64,000 nt of DNA, from assembly GCA_043228905.1 (NCBI GenBank), contig JBHGNT010000001.1, positions 35,774,001 to 35,838,000 of the forward strand, given 5' to 3'. The notes below the pieces were generated by a model. It did not search any database. It saw only the letters and a list, made by a program, of their open reading frames with translations, and was not told the DNA's origin. A program made the position numbers and the translations under genes. This document shows, one piece after another, positions 13,689 through 26,711 of this stretch (its first letter is position 1; each line of letters starts with the position of its first letter). This stretch comes from Azolla caroliniana. Its lineage: Eukaryota > Plantae > Polypodiophyta.

Positions 13689-16600
13689 TCAACCCAATGC
13701 CTTTCCTATGTGCTGCACTGCATCTTTGCCAGGTGGTACAAATATGAAATCACCCCAACCAGAACTTTCATCATTAAGCTGCAACCAAACACCAATTTAT
13801 CCGTCACATTGACTTTCATATTATCATAATATGTATCATAAGAATGCCAATAAAAAAGCTCTAACCTCTAGCTTCTTCAGTACATCTTCAAAACTTCCAA
13901 CCTAGACAAAAAGCAGTTGCTGTCAGTTAAACAAATTGTGGTTCAAAAAAGTTAAATATCCCATACAATATCCTATCAGGACATTTTTATTGTCATTATA
14001 TTGTTCAATTCATTAACTGCACTAGCAAGGAAAAAGCATCATAGAATGAAATGTGTTAAGGTAAAGACAGCAGCATAAATAATATATATGATATTGACTA
14101 GGCACCAAGAAAGTGCAGGAAACAAGAGACAGATGATGACACGTCCAGACATATATTATACATGTCATTCTCTGATTGTGAAATGAGACTTGGGTGGTCA
14201 GTGGCAAGCCAACATTTAGAAAGGTGTGATGTTACAACCTCATATTTAACACGTGTTGGTGCAGGTGTAAGTTTTCCTTGTTGGTTCACTGTAGAATGTG
14301 GGTTGAAGCCAGACATAAACCTCTAAATCGGTATCAAAACCATCTAGCCTGGATGTATCACACACAAATCATAGTGTTGGAGAAGTGAAAATCTATAAAC
14401 TAGTCCCAATTAGTGAGGGATATAGCAGATGTGAAGTGGTGATTACTGGGTATTTTCTGCACTCGAGTTGTTAGTGTGGCGATTGAAGTGTATATTTCTG
14501 GGTTGTAATAAACCTTTGTTTAACTCGTGACAATTAGTTCGTTTCCAAAGCCCAATTGGGTGTATTTCAGGCCTCAAATAGATGGTGAGATCAGGACCTT
14601 GCCTTAAGGGTAGAACCTAGTAGCCTATCTCCAAGAAATCTAAAATCGTAGCAAAAAAGGTCCTTGGTATAATATCATATTCTAAAATCATGTAATTTCA
14701 GACTACCCATACCTGAATATTCATGCTTGCCCGAAGAGAGGGATTAGATCTCTGCATATCTTTGGATGCCTTCGATAATGCCTTTTCAAGATCCTCCTGT
14801 AAAATTCAAAAACATCCATCATGAAAGAAATCATTATAAGTTTATATCACGCTAAAAACCGATGGTTATGGTGATTAATTGGCTGAAACATAAATGACGA
14901 ACATCACAAACCTTCCGGAAAAAGATTGGAATATATCTCCGATCATTGCTCCGCAAAATCAGATTTTCGGACTGCCAACAACGATTAGAAACCCCTCAGC
15001 TTACATGTAAAAAGATTTGTTGCAGGAGACAGTTCCATTGGAGCTTCCTATTTTAGTATGTTTGTTAACTAGAATTTATGACCAAGAAAAAGTGTTTGAC
15101 ATTCGATTCTAATGCGTTAAAATCATAAAACTTCCTTCCAGCGCACTCACTTTTCGATAGGATATCATCATTATGGTTGCATGTAGAATGAATGGCACAC
15201 AACCCATGCAATTGGGTGCTCAAGATGCAACAGTGAAGTTCTGAACTACAATTTCTAATACAAATTATCATTCATGCTAGGATTGGAGAACCTGAAAGAG
15301 CCATGCCTTGCTCTCCAACCCATTCTCGTTAAGAAAACTAGATTGATCTCACTATATACCATCAGATTGAAAATGCCAATATCATTATATAATTATTGCA
15401 ACATCCAGTAATAAATCATGTAGTTTGCAAGACTTTTTCCTTTACAAGAAGAAATCATCCCATATCAGAGTTCATGTGCATTCCTTCTGTATGAACAATT
15501 TGCAATGCATTCTTAAGAAAATAACTATACAGAAAAATATGAAACATCATATCATCACAAATAGTATTCTTTTACTCAACCTTTCACCATTGCATACAAT
15601 TTTACTAGATTCAAAACTAGGTTACAAACACTACTGGCTCTTTGTAGTTTCTTCGATGTTTTTTTATCCTCTTAGGCCTCAAGAAATTCATTTTTTAATT
15701 ACGTTATATTGCCAGTAGTGTTTATGTGACGTTGCACTTTGCGAGCCCGTAATTCCGTACATAATACAATACTTTTCATAAAATATTAACTGAATTTGTA
15801 GATTTCTATATTCAGAGTGAGCTTATATGTCCATTCTATTTTGTTAGCAAATATTTCAATGCCGAAACAAAGACCACAAAAAAGTGAGTCAGAAGAACTT
15901 CCTGACCATAGCACAGTCCGGTGACTCCCCCACGCTATTGCAAACATCCGAGGACAAGGTATAGCAACAGCAAGACTGGGTTCTATACCACCCAACCCCA
16001 TCACCGCAGGGTGATGTGCTGTTATCCCAGCATGGGCCCTCAGCTAGCTCTCTAGCTAGAGCTGGTCATCCTCCACAATTGCTCGGTAACTCTGGACATG
16101 TCCACAATTATCCGCCCAAATACTAAACACTCATCTTGACTATGTTCCTAAGCTAGGTTCCCTACTCCACGACATGCACATGACATATTTCCTCCCTTAA
16201 ATAGCATTGATGTCCTCATCAGGAAAGTATGAAAACAAATCGTCATGTTGAAAATGATAGTGCACATTGTTGAATTGAAACATTCAGATTCAAGAGGAAC
16301 ATGGCTAGCCAGAACATCTTTCCAAACACTTTCCTCAATTGGAAAGACTGCATCCACCTCACCCAATTTTATTTTTTAGGTGACAAACAAAGAAAACCAT
16401 ATGCACAATTCTATCCAATGGAAGATATAGCTCATAAGAAACTACCAATCTTCTTTATGGCCTTCAAGCTGAAATCTTGCTTAAAAAGTATTCCAATTCA
16501 CGTAGACTTGGAGTTGTTGGGTATTTTCAACTAGACACGGTCAGACGTTGAAATATCTTCAATCACGAATCATTGTGATACTATCTCTATCCAAATCAAG

Positions 16601-19600
16601 CATTTCTTAAGCATTTAAAATTGTCAAGGTCACGACTTCTTGTATGATGCTGCATCATACAAGACATCGTGACCTTGACAATTTTAAATTTTCTCACCAC
16701 CCACTGCAATTGGTAGCGTGGGTTCAAACAATACATCAGCATAAATTAACCAAAATAAATAGCAAAATGCTGCTATTGTAATAGGCGAATTTTAATTGCA
16801 AGAAATATGTGGCCTCTCAAGATTTTGCAGCGCTAAATATCCTCAAATTCTATAACAATCAAGATACATTATCATATAATCTTACAATCCTCCACTACTT
16901 GGAGGTTATGACACCAACCACATGCAGATGTCAGGCCTACCACCCTTGGTTCATCCATTCTATAGACCATTGGCCCTTTGTCATGCAGTATTGTCTTGCT
17001 CAATTTGAAGAGTTTCATGGAGACAAGTTCAAATAAATAAAATATTTCTTAAATAGTGTAATACAAAAATAGCACATTCTCGTGGGTTATTAAATAGTTA
17101 TTAAATAAGGTTGTGACATTCCTTAGATCACAATAGGCTGGTACATTACAGATCAATGCAAACGAGTTTATTTCATGAAAAAATGTTGAGACATGACCTG
17201 AAAAATTGGAACGCCATCAAAGGTCTTTTCTTTGTCTCCTGACTTTACTTTTGCCTGTTGAAGAAATGACTAAATGTCAACTTTGCATAGAAATGAAGCA
17301 GCAAAATATTGAAATGTTTTCCAATAGTTCTTCTGCCTGTGCACAAGCATGAGTCCTCATATAGAGGACAGCATATGCAAGATGCATCAACATTATAACA
17401 CCAATTGCATTTTTAATAAAAGGGAAATATTCTTCATAGGTGCCAGTCTTCACAAATCCATCTTTCATTAAATATATCCCAATCATAATGAACATACAAT
17501 TGCACCAAATTGAGTGAAAACGCTCCTTGTATAAAAGGATAACATCTTCTAGACAACATCACCAACATTGTTTAAGAAACACACATAAATATTATTAAAT
17601 TCCGTGACACAATATACAATTAAATGGACCCACCGCAGTAAAAGGAACCCAAAATGACCAAAACTACTACAAATATTTACCTCAATAGCATTCTTGATTT
17701 GAGCTGGATCAGGGAGGAATCTAAACGCAATGCCTTCTGCAGTGAGCTTATAGACCTGCAAACATCATGTTAAGTAGTAAGATGTAGATGAAAGTTTTCT
17801 AACAAACTTTGAGCATAGGAAAATAAGCCAAGTAACAGTACAGTGCGTCAACAACGACATATCCTCTATAAAAGCTTAATAGTCTGTGCAGAAGAGCACT
17901 TTTTAAGGGTGTCTTGTAACTCGCCAATCTGGCTGTCCGTTTTTAAGCCATGAAATCCCGTTCTGTTAGCATGGTTTATCTTTAACTGTACAAACAGTTC
18001 GTCATAATTGCCATGTGGTCTAATTCTGAGGAAATCACAAAACTAATCTATAAAACAGTGTCAGCTTCTCGATCACTAATAGAGTTGATTGGCTAGTTAC
18101 CTCATTGTAAAAAAATCGCATAATAAGAGCCTGATTCCTTAGACATTGTATTAAAAAAAGTGTTTGGGTGCAAAGGATGAAATTGTTCAAACTTGAAACG
18201 CATGACCTCAAATCTGGACATTTCACGCCCACAAATGTTTTGTTGTACCTTCAAACATTTTGTAAATGCAAATAGAAATGTTTTTCTCACCTCAAACTCT
18301 TCTCTAAGACAACTTCAACTTTCTCTCATTTCAGTGTCTCTCTGCTCTTTTCTAAAGTAAAATAACTATTAGAATCAGATTTAGACTCCACGAAACATTT
18401 AAGGAGCTTCTGAAATTTCAGAAATTTTTCATCTCAAACTCTGCAATGTTTAGTTACCTATGTAATTACCCATAAATGCATAAATAAAGTTTCATGTCCA
18501 TATCATATATGTTCCTTTAAGTAATTTTTATTTAATGGAGGACACATATTTTGTATTTTTTGGAATAGAATGAACCACAAAATTGCAGTCATGAAAAGTC
18601 ACTTGAGATATTGCTTGGCCATGGACCTAGCTCCATGAAACTTGCCTTCCAAATGAATCTTTAATTCCATCCCGTAGAAAGGATCATCAATACTGGCCTA
18701 TGAATCCGAAATTTCTTGCAAAACTAGGATTTTGTATTTGAGAAAAGAGGGTGTTACTCTTATTTTTCTACTTAATGTCTTTAACTAGACACCATGTAAT
18801 GATGCGTTTTAAATAAATAAAAACTTTTCATCATTCTCCTGAATTTATTTAATTACTTGATTCAATGTAATAAAGATTATTACTATCCCAATATATTTTA
18901 GGATTCTGCATTGTAATTTAAATCAATATAAAAAGACAGTTTTTATTTTCTCATGCGATACCTTATCGAGTGGAACGGTAACAACCCTGGCTTCCCTTCC
19001 TAAGACTGGTTCACGAACTCGAACCTGCTCAATGAAAACTGCCACAATTAATAAATGAATTGATGAAAAACAATGACATTTGGGAAAAGTTGTGGGCAGT
19101 GCACCTGTGAAAGGAGGGCCTCTGCGTCTTGCTGCCTGAAGCACAGCAGGCTAAGCGATTTCGAGCCTTCAGGATCAGAGACGAGCACAAACTCATTCCC
19201 AGCATTGCTGACCGTGTATACGGGGACTCCTTCCAGCGTCCGTGACACGTCTTCCTGACTCAACGCGATGTCAAACACATGGTGGGCAGAAGAAGCGGAT
19301 GATATGCTGGCAAAACAGGGTAGAGTAGGCGACCTTTGCCTGTGTGGTGGAGCCGCCGACCAAGAATGCTTGCCGATCACCGGCCATGGAGCAGGGAGAG
19401 CTGGTGCCGGTGATCGTTGGCCGCACCTTCGCTCAATCTCATCTCTGAGGCGCAGGAAAGGGTTGAATGGGAGGAGAAGGTGGGCGTGGGCACTAATGTC
19501 TGCAAGCTGTTTGTGCAGGAGTTGTCGTATTAGGTTGGGAGCCGGGGCTCGGCGACCTCCAGCACCACACATTTCACTTCGGCTTCCGTCTTTTTCCTTC

Positions 19601-19602
19601 AT
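13689..19602 (-). CDS. TIC22: Tic22 chloroplast intermembrane-space import protein, 8 exons
   Basis: Exons 19602-19105, 19024-18962, 17755-17681, 17254-17198, 14971-14912, 14796-14713, 13901-13866, 13778-13689, all GT-AG and phase 0. Motifs: LEGVPVYTVSNAGNEFVLVSD, LCFRQQDAEALL, EGIAFRFLPDPAQIKNA, FDGVPIFQSENL, PIFFRKEDL, VGSFEDVLKK, GWGDFIFVPPG. Start could alternatively be the ATG at 19572. Confidence 0.95.
16613..16689. repeat. 77-bp near-perfect inverted repeat (38-bp arms, 1-nt centre, 2 adjacent mismatches) in Tic22 intron 4
   Basis: atttaaaattgtcaaggtcacgacttcttgtatgatgc-t-gcatcatacaagacatcgtgaccttgacaattttaaat. Confidence 0.95.
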
Positions 19603-19705
19603 TTTCTGCACTTGAATCACAGAAATGATGCCATGCAGCGTTATCTCTCTCTCTCGCTCGCTCGCTCTTCTCCCCCCCTTCTCTTCTGTTTCCTTCTCCG
19701 GCTTC

Positions 19706-19778
19706 ATGTATGTACAGTATGTATGTACAGTATGTATGTATGTATGTATGTATGTATGTATGTATGTACGTATGTATG
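19706..19778. repeat. (TATG)n microsatellite upstream of Tic22, at the left edge of the segmental duplication
   Basis: Read directly; a decayed copy sits at 31984-32027. Confidence 0.92.
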
Positions 19779-22700
19779 GATAGAGTTCCACGATAGAAAC
19801 ATGGAAACCGGAGGGAGCTTTATTGCTCATCAAATCCAAGAAAAATGCCTCCCTAGAACTTGGTCCTCCTTCCCACAAATTCTCGCAACTACGTTGGATG
19901 GGGGACGTTTGTCCTGAGATGAGGTAGAGTTATGTCATCTAGTATTACCACACTTTGACGGGGGGGTGTTTTTTACCTTGCGCCGGATCCCGGATCGCTG
20001 CTAATGAAGTAAGCGGAGATAGCGAGGTAACAAACATACATACATATATGTATGAAAATAATAATAATAAACTCGGTCCTTCCCCGACACTTGAAATATT
20101 GACGCTTTATTGTTGTTGGTGTCTTTTTATGCATGTGGCAAAGAACAATGTTCGATTATGATATGGTCCTCTCACGGCGATGAGTTGTTCTCCCTTCTTT
20201 CCACAATTTGTCCTACCCTTGGTTCGTGCCCTTTTCTCGTGATTGGATCCATCGTAAGAGTTTGTGGTATTGTATTAGTAAGTTATTGTTCATCTTGTAA
20301 GAGGATATTGTGTTTTCTCGGGTCATTGTTGTCCTTTGGCTCCAAACAAGACATTTGTAATATTGTTTCCATTTGATTGCTTTGATTGCTTACCATTATT
20401 TCTCCACTATCTATATAATGAAGTTATCTATCTATGCTCTCGTTTTATCCAAGTATAATAATGTTACATGCAATCGAATGCCAATGACAATTGCACGTGT
20501 AGGCAACAATAGAAAGGGGCATTGAATAGGGTTCATGGAATAATCATTGGGTGTAGCAACCTATTGGGTACGAGAGAACCTAGGACTATACTCCATGGCT
20601 AGTTCACATTCCTTTTCTTGATGATGTCTATATCTACTTACTCAAATGTACATGTTCAAGTGCCACCTCTGTATATATGCCCTAATTCATTTTCTACACT
20701 AGTACTAGCTATTCTCATGTTTCCACTACATTTCCTCAAGTTAACACGATATCACACAACTGGGTTTAATGTTTGTTTGTTATAAGAGTACTGAAGGAGG
20801 ATATAGTAATAGCGGGACAATGTAACAATTCCTAAAGGTGGCAAAGGGAATCAAATTACATGTTGTGGAAGCTCAAAATGTCACTCTTGCAAGAGATGCA
20901 CAAACCCATGAAAGATCATATTTGGGTTGGTGTTCATTCGGCGAGAGTAGTAGGTTTGAAAAATGTGTTGATGGTGAACACTTCGATCCTCATGAAGTTG
21001 CTAGCACAAAAAATACCGGGCTACGTGAAATCGTAGCGGGGGCAATCTATTATAATTTAACACATGTATAAGGCATTAGATGTCCAAGAAATCTCTCTAC
21101 ATTTGTAAAAGATAAGGAATAAGGTAACCAAAACCTGGATAGTTAGCAGTTGTTCGAGAATATGTCATCAAAAGGGTGGGCCTCGAGTGACAACAAACTA
21201 CTGGTCGACGCGTTTCTTTTGTGATCGTAAATCCGATCAAATCTCGTGGCCTCGGAGAAGTGTGAAGCCAACAAAGGGAAGGAAGGAGGAGATGGATGGT
21301 TCTTTATTAGACCAACATCCATGATGAATTGGGGTCCTTTTCTTTTACATGGGCCTTTTAAGCTCTTCTTCTTCTCCTTCCATCGATTATTTTCTGGTTC
21401 CGTGAGTTTTCTCTCTGCTTTGCCTTCTGAAAATTTTCACATGCGAGGCTTCCCACGCATTCTTTCTTTCTCTCATTTTTCCTCGTAATTCTTCGCATGT
21501 CCTCGAATCTTTACTTCCTGTTGCTGTCTCTTGTATGAACAGTCAATTGGTCTCCTACTTTTGTGTTGTAATAGCTCACTCCGTGATTTTGTTGGGAGCA
21601 ATAAATTTTCTGCTTTCAACTTCTTAAATTGAGCTCATGAAAATGCATGACCAAATTTTTGCATATTCATACATACGTATATCAATATACATGTGTGTGC
21701 AGTTGAAAATCCATTAATATCCTCGTCGTTTCATTTACAGTTGGCTGCAAAGAACGAGAAGGATTTGCGAGCTCAGATACGGGTAAAACTCTCAAAACCA
21801 AGCAAGATGAAATCTCACATTGTAGGTTGTGTTTTTTACCCTTTTGTTGTGGGCGTAGGTTTCATAACTTTCTGTTATTTTAGGAAAGGGATAGAGTGGA
21901 GGAGAAACCAGAGGAAGCACAGGCCCAAAAACAGAAGGATGCTGCGGCTAATGTATACGACACTTTTGACATGCGAGTAGATCGTCATTGGTCTGACAAA
22001 AAGGCATACTCTTGATACTTTGATTATATGTTCTTACAAATGGTGCCATTTCGAAAGATAGCTATAAATGCTAAATTCTAATTACAGCTCCAGGAGATGA
22101 CAGATAGAGATTGGAGGATTTTTAGGGAGGATTTCAATATCTCGTATAAGGTATAAGATATTGATACAAACGGTTTTGTCAATATACGTCTATGTGTGGT
22201 TGAATTTGTAACTTGTCTTATTATCTACCTGTTTATTGTAATCTGATTTATTAGTGACAATAATATTTGTTCCAAATATTTATGAACCATAACCACTGTA
22301 ACTTCCTTTGTGAATATAATCTCTTTATGTGAGGTTGATTATGCACTTCTAAGTTTTATTCTGTACGTAAGTATAATTTTGTCTGTTTTTAACTTCGCTG
22401 AGGGTTCCAGAATCCCAAGGCCAATGCGAAATTGGGAAGAGGGTAGCTTGAGCTCCGAATTGTTAAAAGCAGTGTATAAAGCTGGCTACAAAAAACCTTC
22501 CCCTATCCAAATGGCTGCAATACCAATAGGACTTCAGCAACAAGATGTAATTGGAATTGCAGAGACAGGTCAAAATGCTTTCTTTAATTAGATCGGAGCA
22601 TTTTTAGTATCAATAATTGATGATATGAATGCGTGGGATGGGAATGCTAAATTTTTCTTTATTTTATACAGGATCTGGTAAAACAGCTGCTTTCGTTTTG

Positions 22701-23924
22701 CCAATGTTGACGTACATATCAAGATTGCCACCGATGACTGAAGAGAATGAAGCAGAAGGTGAATATTACCCTTTTTTGTCAATTATGAGATATAAGTGAT
22801 GTTTTAAACAAATTGCTTTTCTCTTTTGACAGGACCATATGCAGTTGTTCTGGTGCCAACAAGGGAGTTGGCTCAACAGATTGAAGAAGAAACAGTAAAA
22901 TTTGCACACTATTTGGTATTTGATTCTTACTTTAAGCATTAAGATTTGGTCTATACAATTCCTGTTGTAACATAGAGTTTCATTTGCTAATCAACACATG
23001 AAATGGATTTATCTGATAATAGTATCCCGTGAACAATTTTTTCTCCTTATTACCATTGACGATTGATCTTGTATTTCATTTTGATATCCTTTCTGTCATT
23101 GGTAATGTTATTGCCTCTACACCTGTGGGATGACGTGTTAAAAAGTACATGACATAGGTTGCTGGCTATGCATCTGACCTCGATGGGTGATTAGTCCAAA
23201 ATCCTATATGTGCACATCCTTTCCATATTTCTGAAGATGTCACAAGTCGTGCTAGAATGTGTCAACTAAGTACCCTAAACCTAGGGAGGGATAACCGCTT
23301 TTTATTTTATCCCTTTCACTGCCACTAGCATTCAATCTTAAAACATACCCTTTTTAAAATCTTCATCCTTTGTGATGCCATGCTATATCCCATCTCTGTT
23401 GATCTGGAACGTCTGGCCTGTAAAGCATTTTCACTTATCTCCATGAGTTGTGAGTGCGCAGTGTAATTTCATGTCATATAACTTCATTATAATATGTTGC
23501 ATAGTACACGTTGAGTTCAGATTTTATAGATTCATATACTTGATCTTTTCAACGATACTATGTATATCGATCATGGTGCACAACAGGTTTGTGTCATGTT
23601 GATGTAACCTATTGTGAATGCTGGTATTCATATAGCTCTCTCCTCCCTATCTCTTTCCTACTCTAGAATGGGAGCTCAATAACATAAACATGAACAAGAG
23701 AACCAGACCGTTTGAGAGGTTAGCGAACATGAAGATAAAATTCAGTTACAAGCGTACAGTACCTGCCGAAATGACCTCCAAAAGCAAAATATTTCATGGC
23801 ACATATTGGAGGTTCCCGTCATCTCTAGAGAATAATTCAGACAATGCTTTACCGGCGAAATAATCTCTGTTGATACAAAAGGTGACATATGTAAGTTATT
23901 ACGCAATCCTACTTCCTAAATCAG

Positions 23925-24350
23925 AGGTAGATACCACTGCCTCATTAAACAAGGCTTTGGCCCACTATGCAAGGTAATGGAATATGAGGACCAACAGTGC
24001 CTAGAACTTTTCTTGATAGAACTCAAGAGACATAAGGAAAACTTGCTGAAGGACAATAGTACAGCCACACAAGCTCATCCACAAAGAATAATCACAACTT
24101 TCTTTAGCCCCATAACTCCTACTAATGCTACAAATCAATCATGGTATACACAAATACGCTCCTAACCAGGACATAACAAAGAGTTTACACATAACAAAGA
24201 GTTTACAATAGATCGGGCAATATCCATTTGTAGTGCATGTAGGCCCTGGCCCAATGGACCTCCACCTCAACCTCAGCACCCTTGTGATCGACAGATAATG
24301 GCCACTATCTCCTGCACCCTCGCTTCAGAGGCCTCTCCATTCTGGATCGA
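23925..24350 (+). mobile_element. LINE 3'-terminal remnant in a copy A intron (paralogous to 50230-50640)
   Basis: RGRYHCL..KQGFGPL.KVMEYEDQQCL matches the LINE in copy B. Confidence 0.75.
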
Positions 24351-26711
24351 CCTATGCTAGAGGTCTTTCGAAGAAAAAGTTATAATATATATAACTTGAG
24401 AATCTCACATGTGCCGAAAACCAGATTCCTTAGTCTCTTTTTAGCCTATTTACTTTTATGTTTACTTAGTAATTTTTATTTTATTTTGATTTGTTGTTCT
24501 CAAAGATGAGAGACAACACTTAAGATGTAATCGCTTGTTTGGTCTTATAGGCAATCTTGGCCTCTTGAAAGACGTTAATATATCTTTCTTTCTTTCTTTC
24601 TTTCTTCCTTGACCTGAAACTCTTGTACTGACTTGTTGAAAGCTTGTAATAGGGTATACGTGTGTTGTCTCTGTAGTTGGAAGTAAATCAATTGAAGAAC
24701 AAGGGTTCAAACTTCGTTAGGTAATACTTCTATGGGTTGGATATACCAAATTTTAAATAGATGTTTGCATTTTAATTGTTTCTATATAATGATTTTATGT
24801 TATCCAGGGATGTGAGATTGTCATAGCTACTCCAGGACGGTTGCTTGATTGTTTGGAAAGAAGGTAAGGTTTGGATGAACTTTTGATTAATCTCACTATG
24901 AGTTTAGGTCATATTTTCGAATTAAAATAATTTGATTAGGAAAATAACAGTTGATGAATACCTTTCGGCAGATATGCGGTTTTTAATCAATGCAATTATG
25001 TCGTCCTTGATGAAGCAGATCGGATGATTGACATGGGATTTGAGCTACAGGTAAATAATTCTATGAAGATCTTAGCCTTGTTTTACAACCTACCATGCAC
25101 GTAATTTACATACGCCTGTAAAGTACTTGAGTGTGGGTCTCCTTGCTATCTTAGTGGATCTATAAGAAGTTTCTTTAGTCTCCTCTATTTTTATTTACTT
25201 TTCTATTGACATTTATTTTGGTTTGTTGTTCCCAAAGACAAGGGAACATTTTAAGATGTACTCTTTTGTTAATCTTATCGACCATTTTGGCCTCTTAAAA
25301 GATGTTAAAATATCATCATTTTTGTTCTTTGGGAAATCTGTCAAAGACACAAATTACAATCGATCTGACTTGAGAATCTTATAGTTATAGATGACAGGAT
25401 TCTTTGGTCATTTTTGCTTTTATTTACTTTTTATCTAGCTACATTTCTTTTGGTTTACAGTTCACAAAGATGAGACTAACGTTTTAAGATGTAATCTCTT
25501 GTTTGGTCTTATAGGCCATTTTGCCCATATTAAACGATTTTAATAAATCTTTCATCTCTTTTTGGGATGTGACCTCTAATGAACAGGTTGTTGGTGTTCT
25601 TGAAGCAATGCCCTCCAGCAATCTAAAACCTGAAAATGAGGATGATGTGTGTATTTATAATTGCCTTAAATGAAAGTAATAAGGAACTATTCTAACAAAG
25701 CATTCTTCGTTGCAGAAGCTTGATGAAAGAAAAATATATCGAACAACGTACATGTTTAGTGGAACCATGCCTCCTGCTGTGGAGCGTTTGGCACGGAAGT
25801 ATTTAAGGAATCCAGTTGTGGTACGTGTCTCATTTACCCATAGATCAATCATTCACAAAGTCATAATCTATTTTTAATCCAGTTTGGGATTGGCAGCGTA
25901 CACAAATCAAGTTACAGAAATTGGATTAATCTTTAAATATACATTTTTCTGTAATGAAGTTTTACCTAAAGTTTATGGACCAATTGTTTATTTGGCATAA
26001 TCATCCAATGCAAATCTATTTTGGTTCAGTGAAATAGATATTCCAGTAAGTTACTTCCTATTTTAGATGATAATGAGAGGATTGAACCCCACAAATAACC
26101 TTTCTTGTGTACCCATAAAGGCTTTTCTGTGAGGTGCAATTATATATCTATAAATGAATTAATTATATTCTCGTTTCCATGTATCCTTGAGCTTGGCATA
26201 TGCATTGAGATGCATTTTGAATACATTCAACTCCTTAATATTCCTACTTGATCAGTAGCAACCTATATCGCCTTAGCAATCTTATTATGTTGCCTTTGTC
26301 TCTTCAACTGTTCTCATTTGATAACAAAAACAATGGTGGATAACAACATTTTTCCTTTGGTTTTAATAGGATGTTGCACATGTGATCAAATTTGACATGC
26401 CTTCTAATATCGAGATGTACACCCATCGGATAGGTATGTGGCATGTTTTAAAGCTCATTGTTATTTTGGTTGATAACAATTTATGACTTGCTCTACATAT
26501 AACAACAAATATGACAACGGGGGTGTATTTTAGGTCGAACTGGTTGCGCTGGAAAGACTGGAATTGCAACAACTTTCTTGACACTTCACGACTCAGATGT
26601 CTTTTATGATTTAAAACAAGTATGTTCTAATCTTCTGAACCTGTTCTCATAAATATTGGTAAATATTACTGATATTTGTGTATCAATGCCCAGTGAAGCA
26701 TTAGTTGAAGC

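Noticed and set aside
14190-14600. PBS-like cggtatcaaaac suggesting a TRIM in Tic22 intron 6
   Set aside because: No paired terminal repeats or TSD could be found; too degenerate to call.
19603-19878. N-terminal extension of Tic22 with YIHT repeats
   Set aside because: It is the translated (TATG)n microsatellite and upstream DNA, and the ORF start is not ATG.
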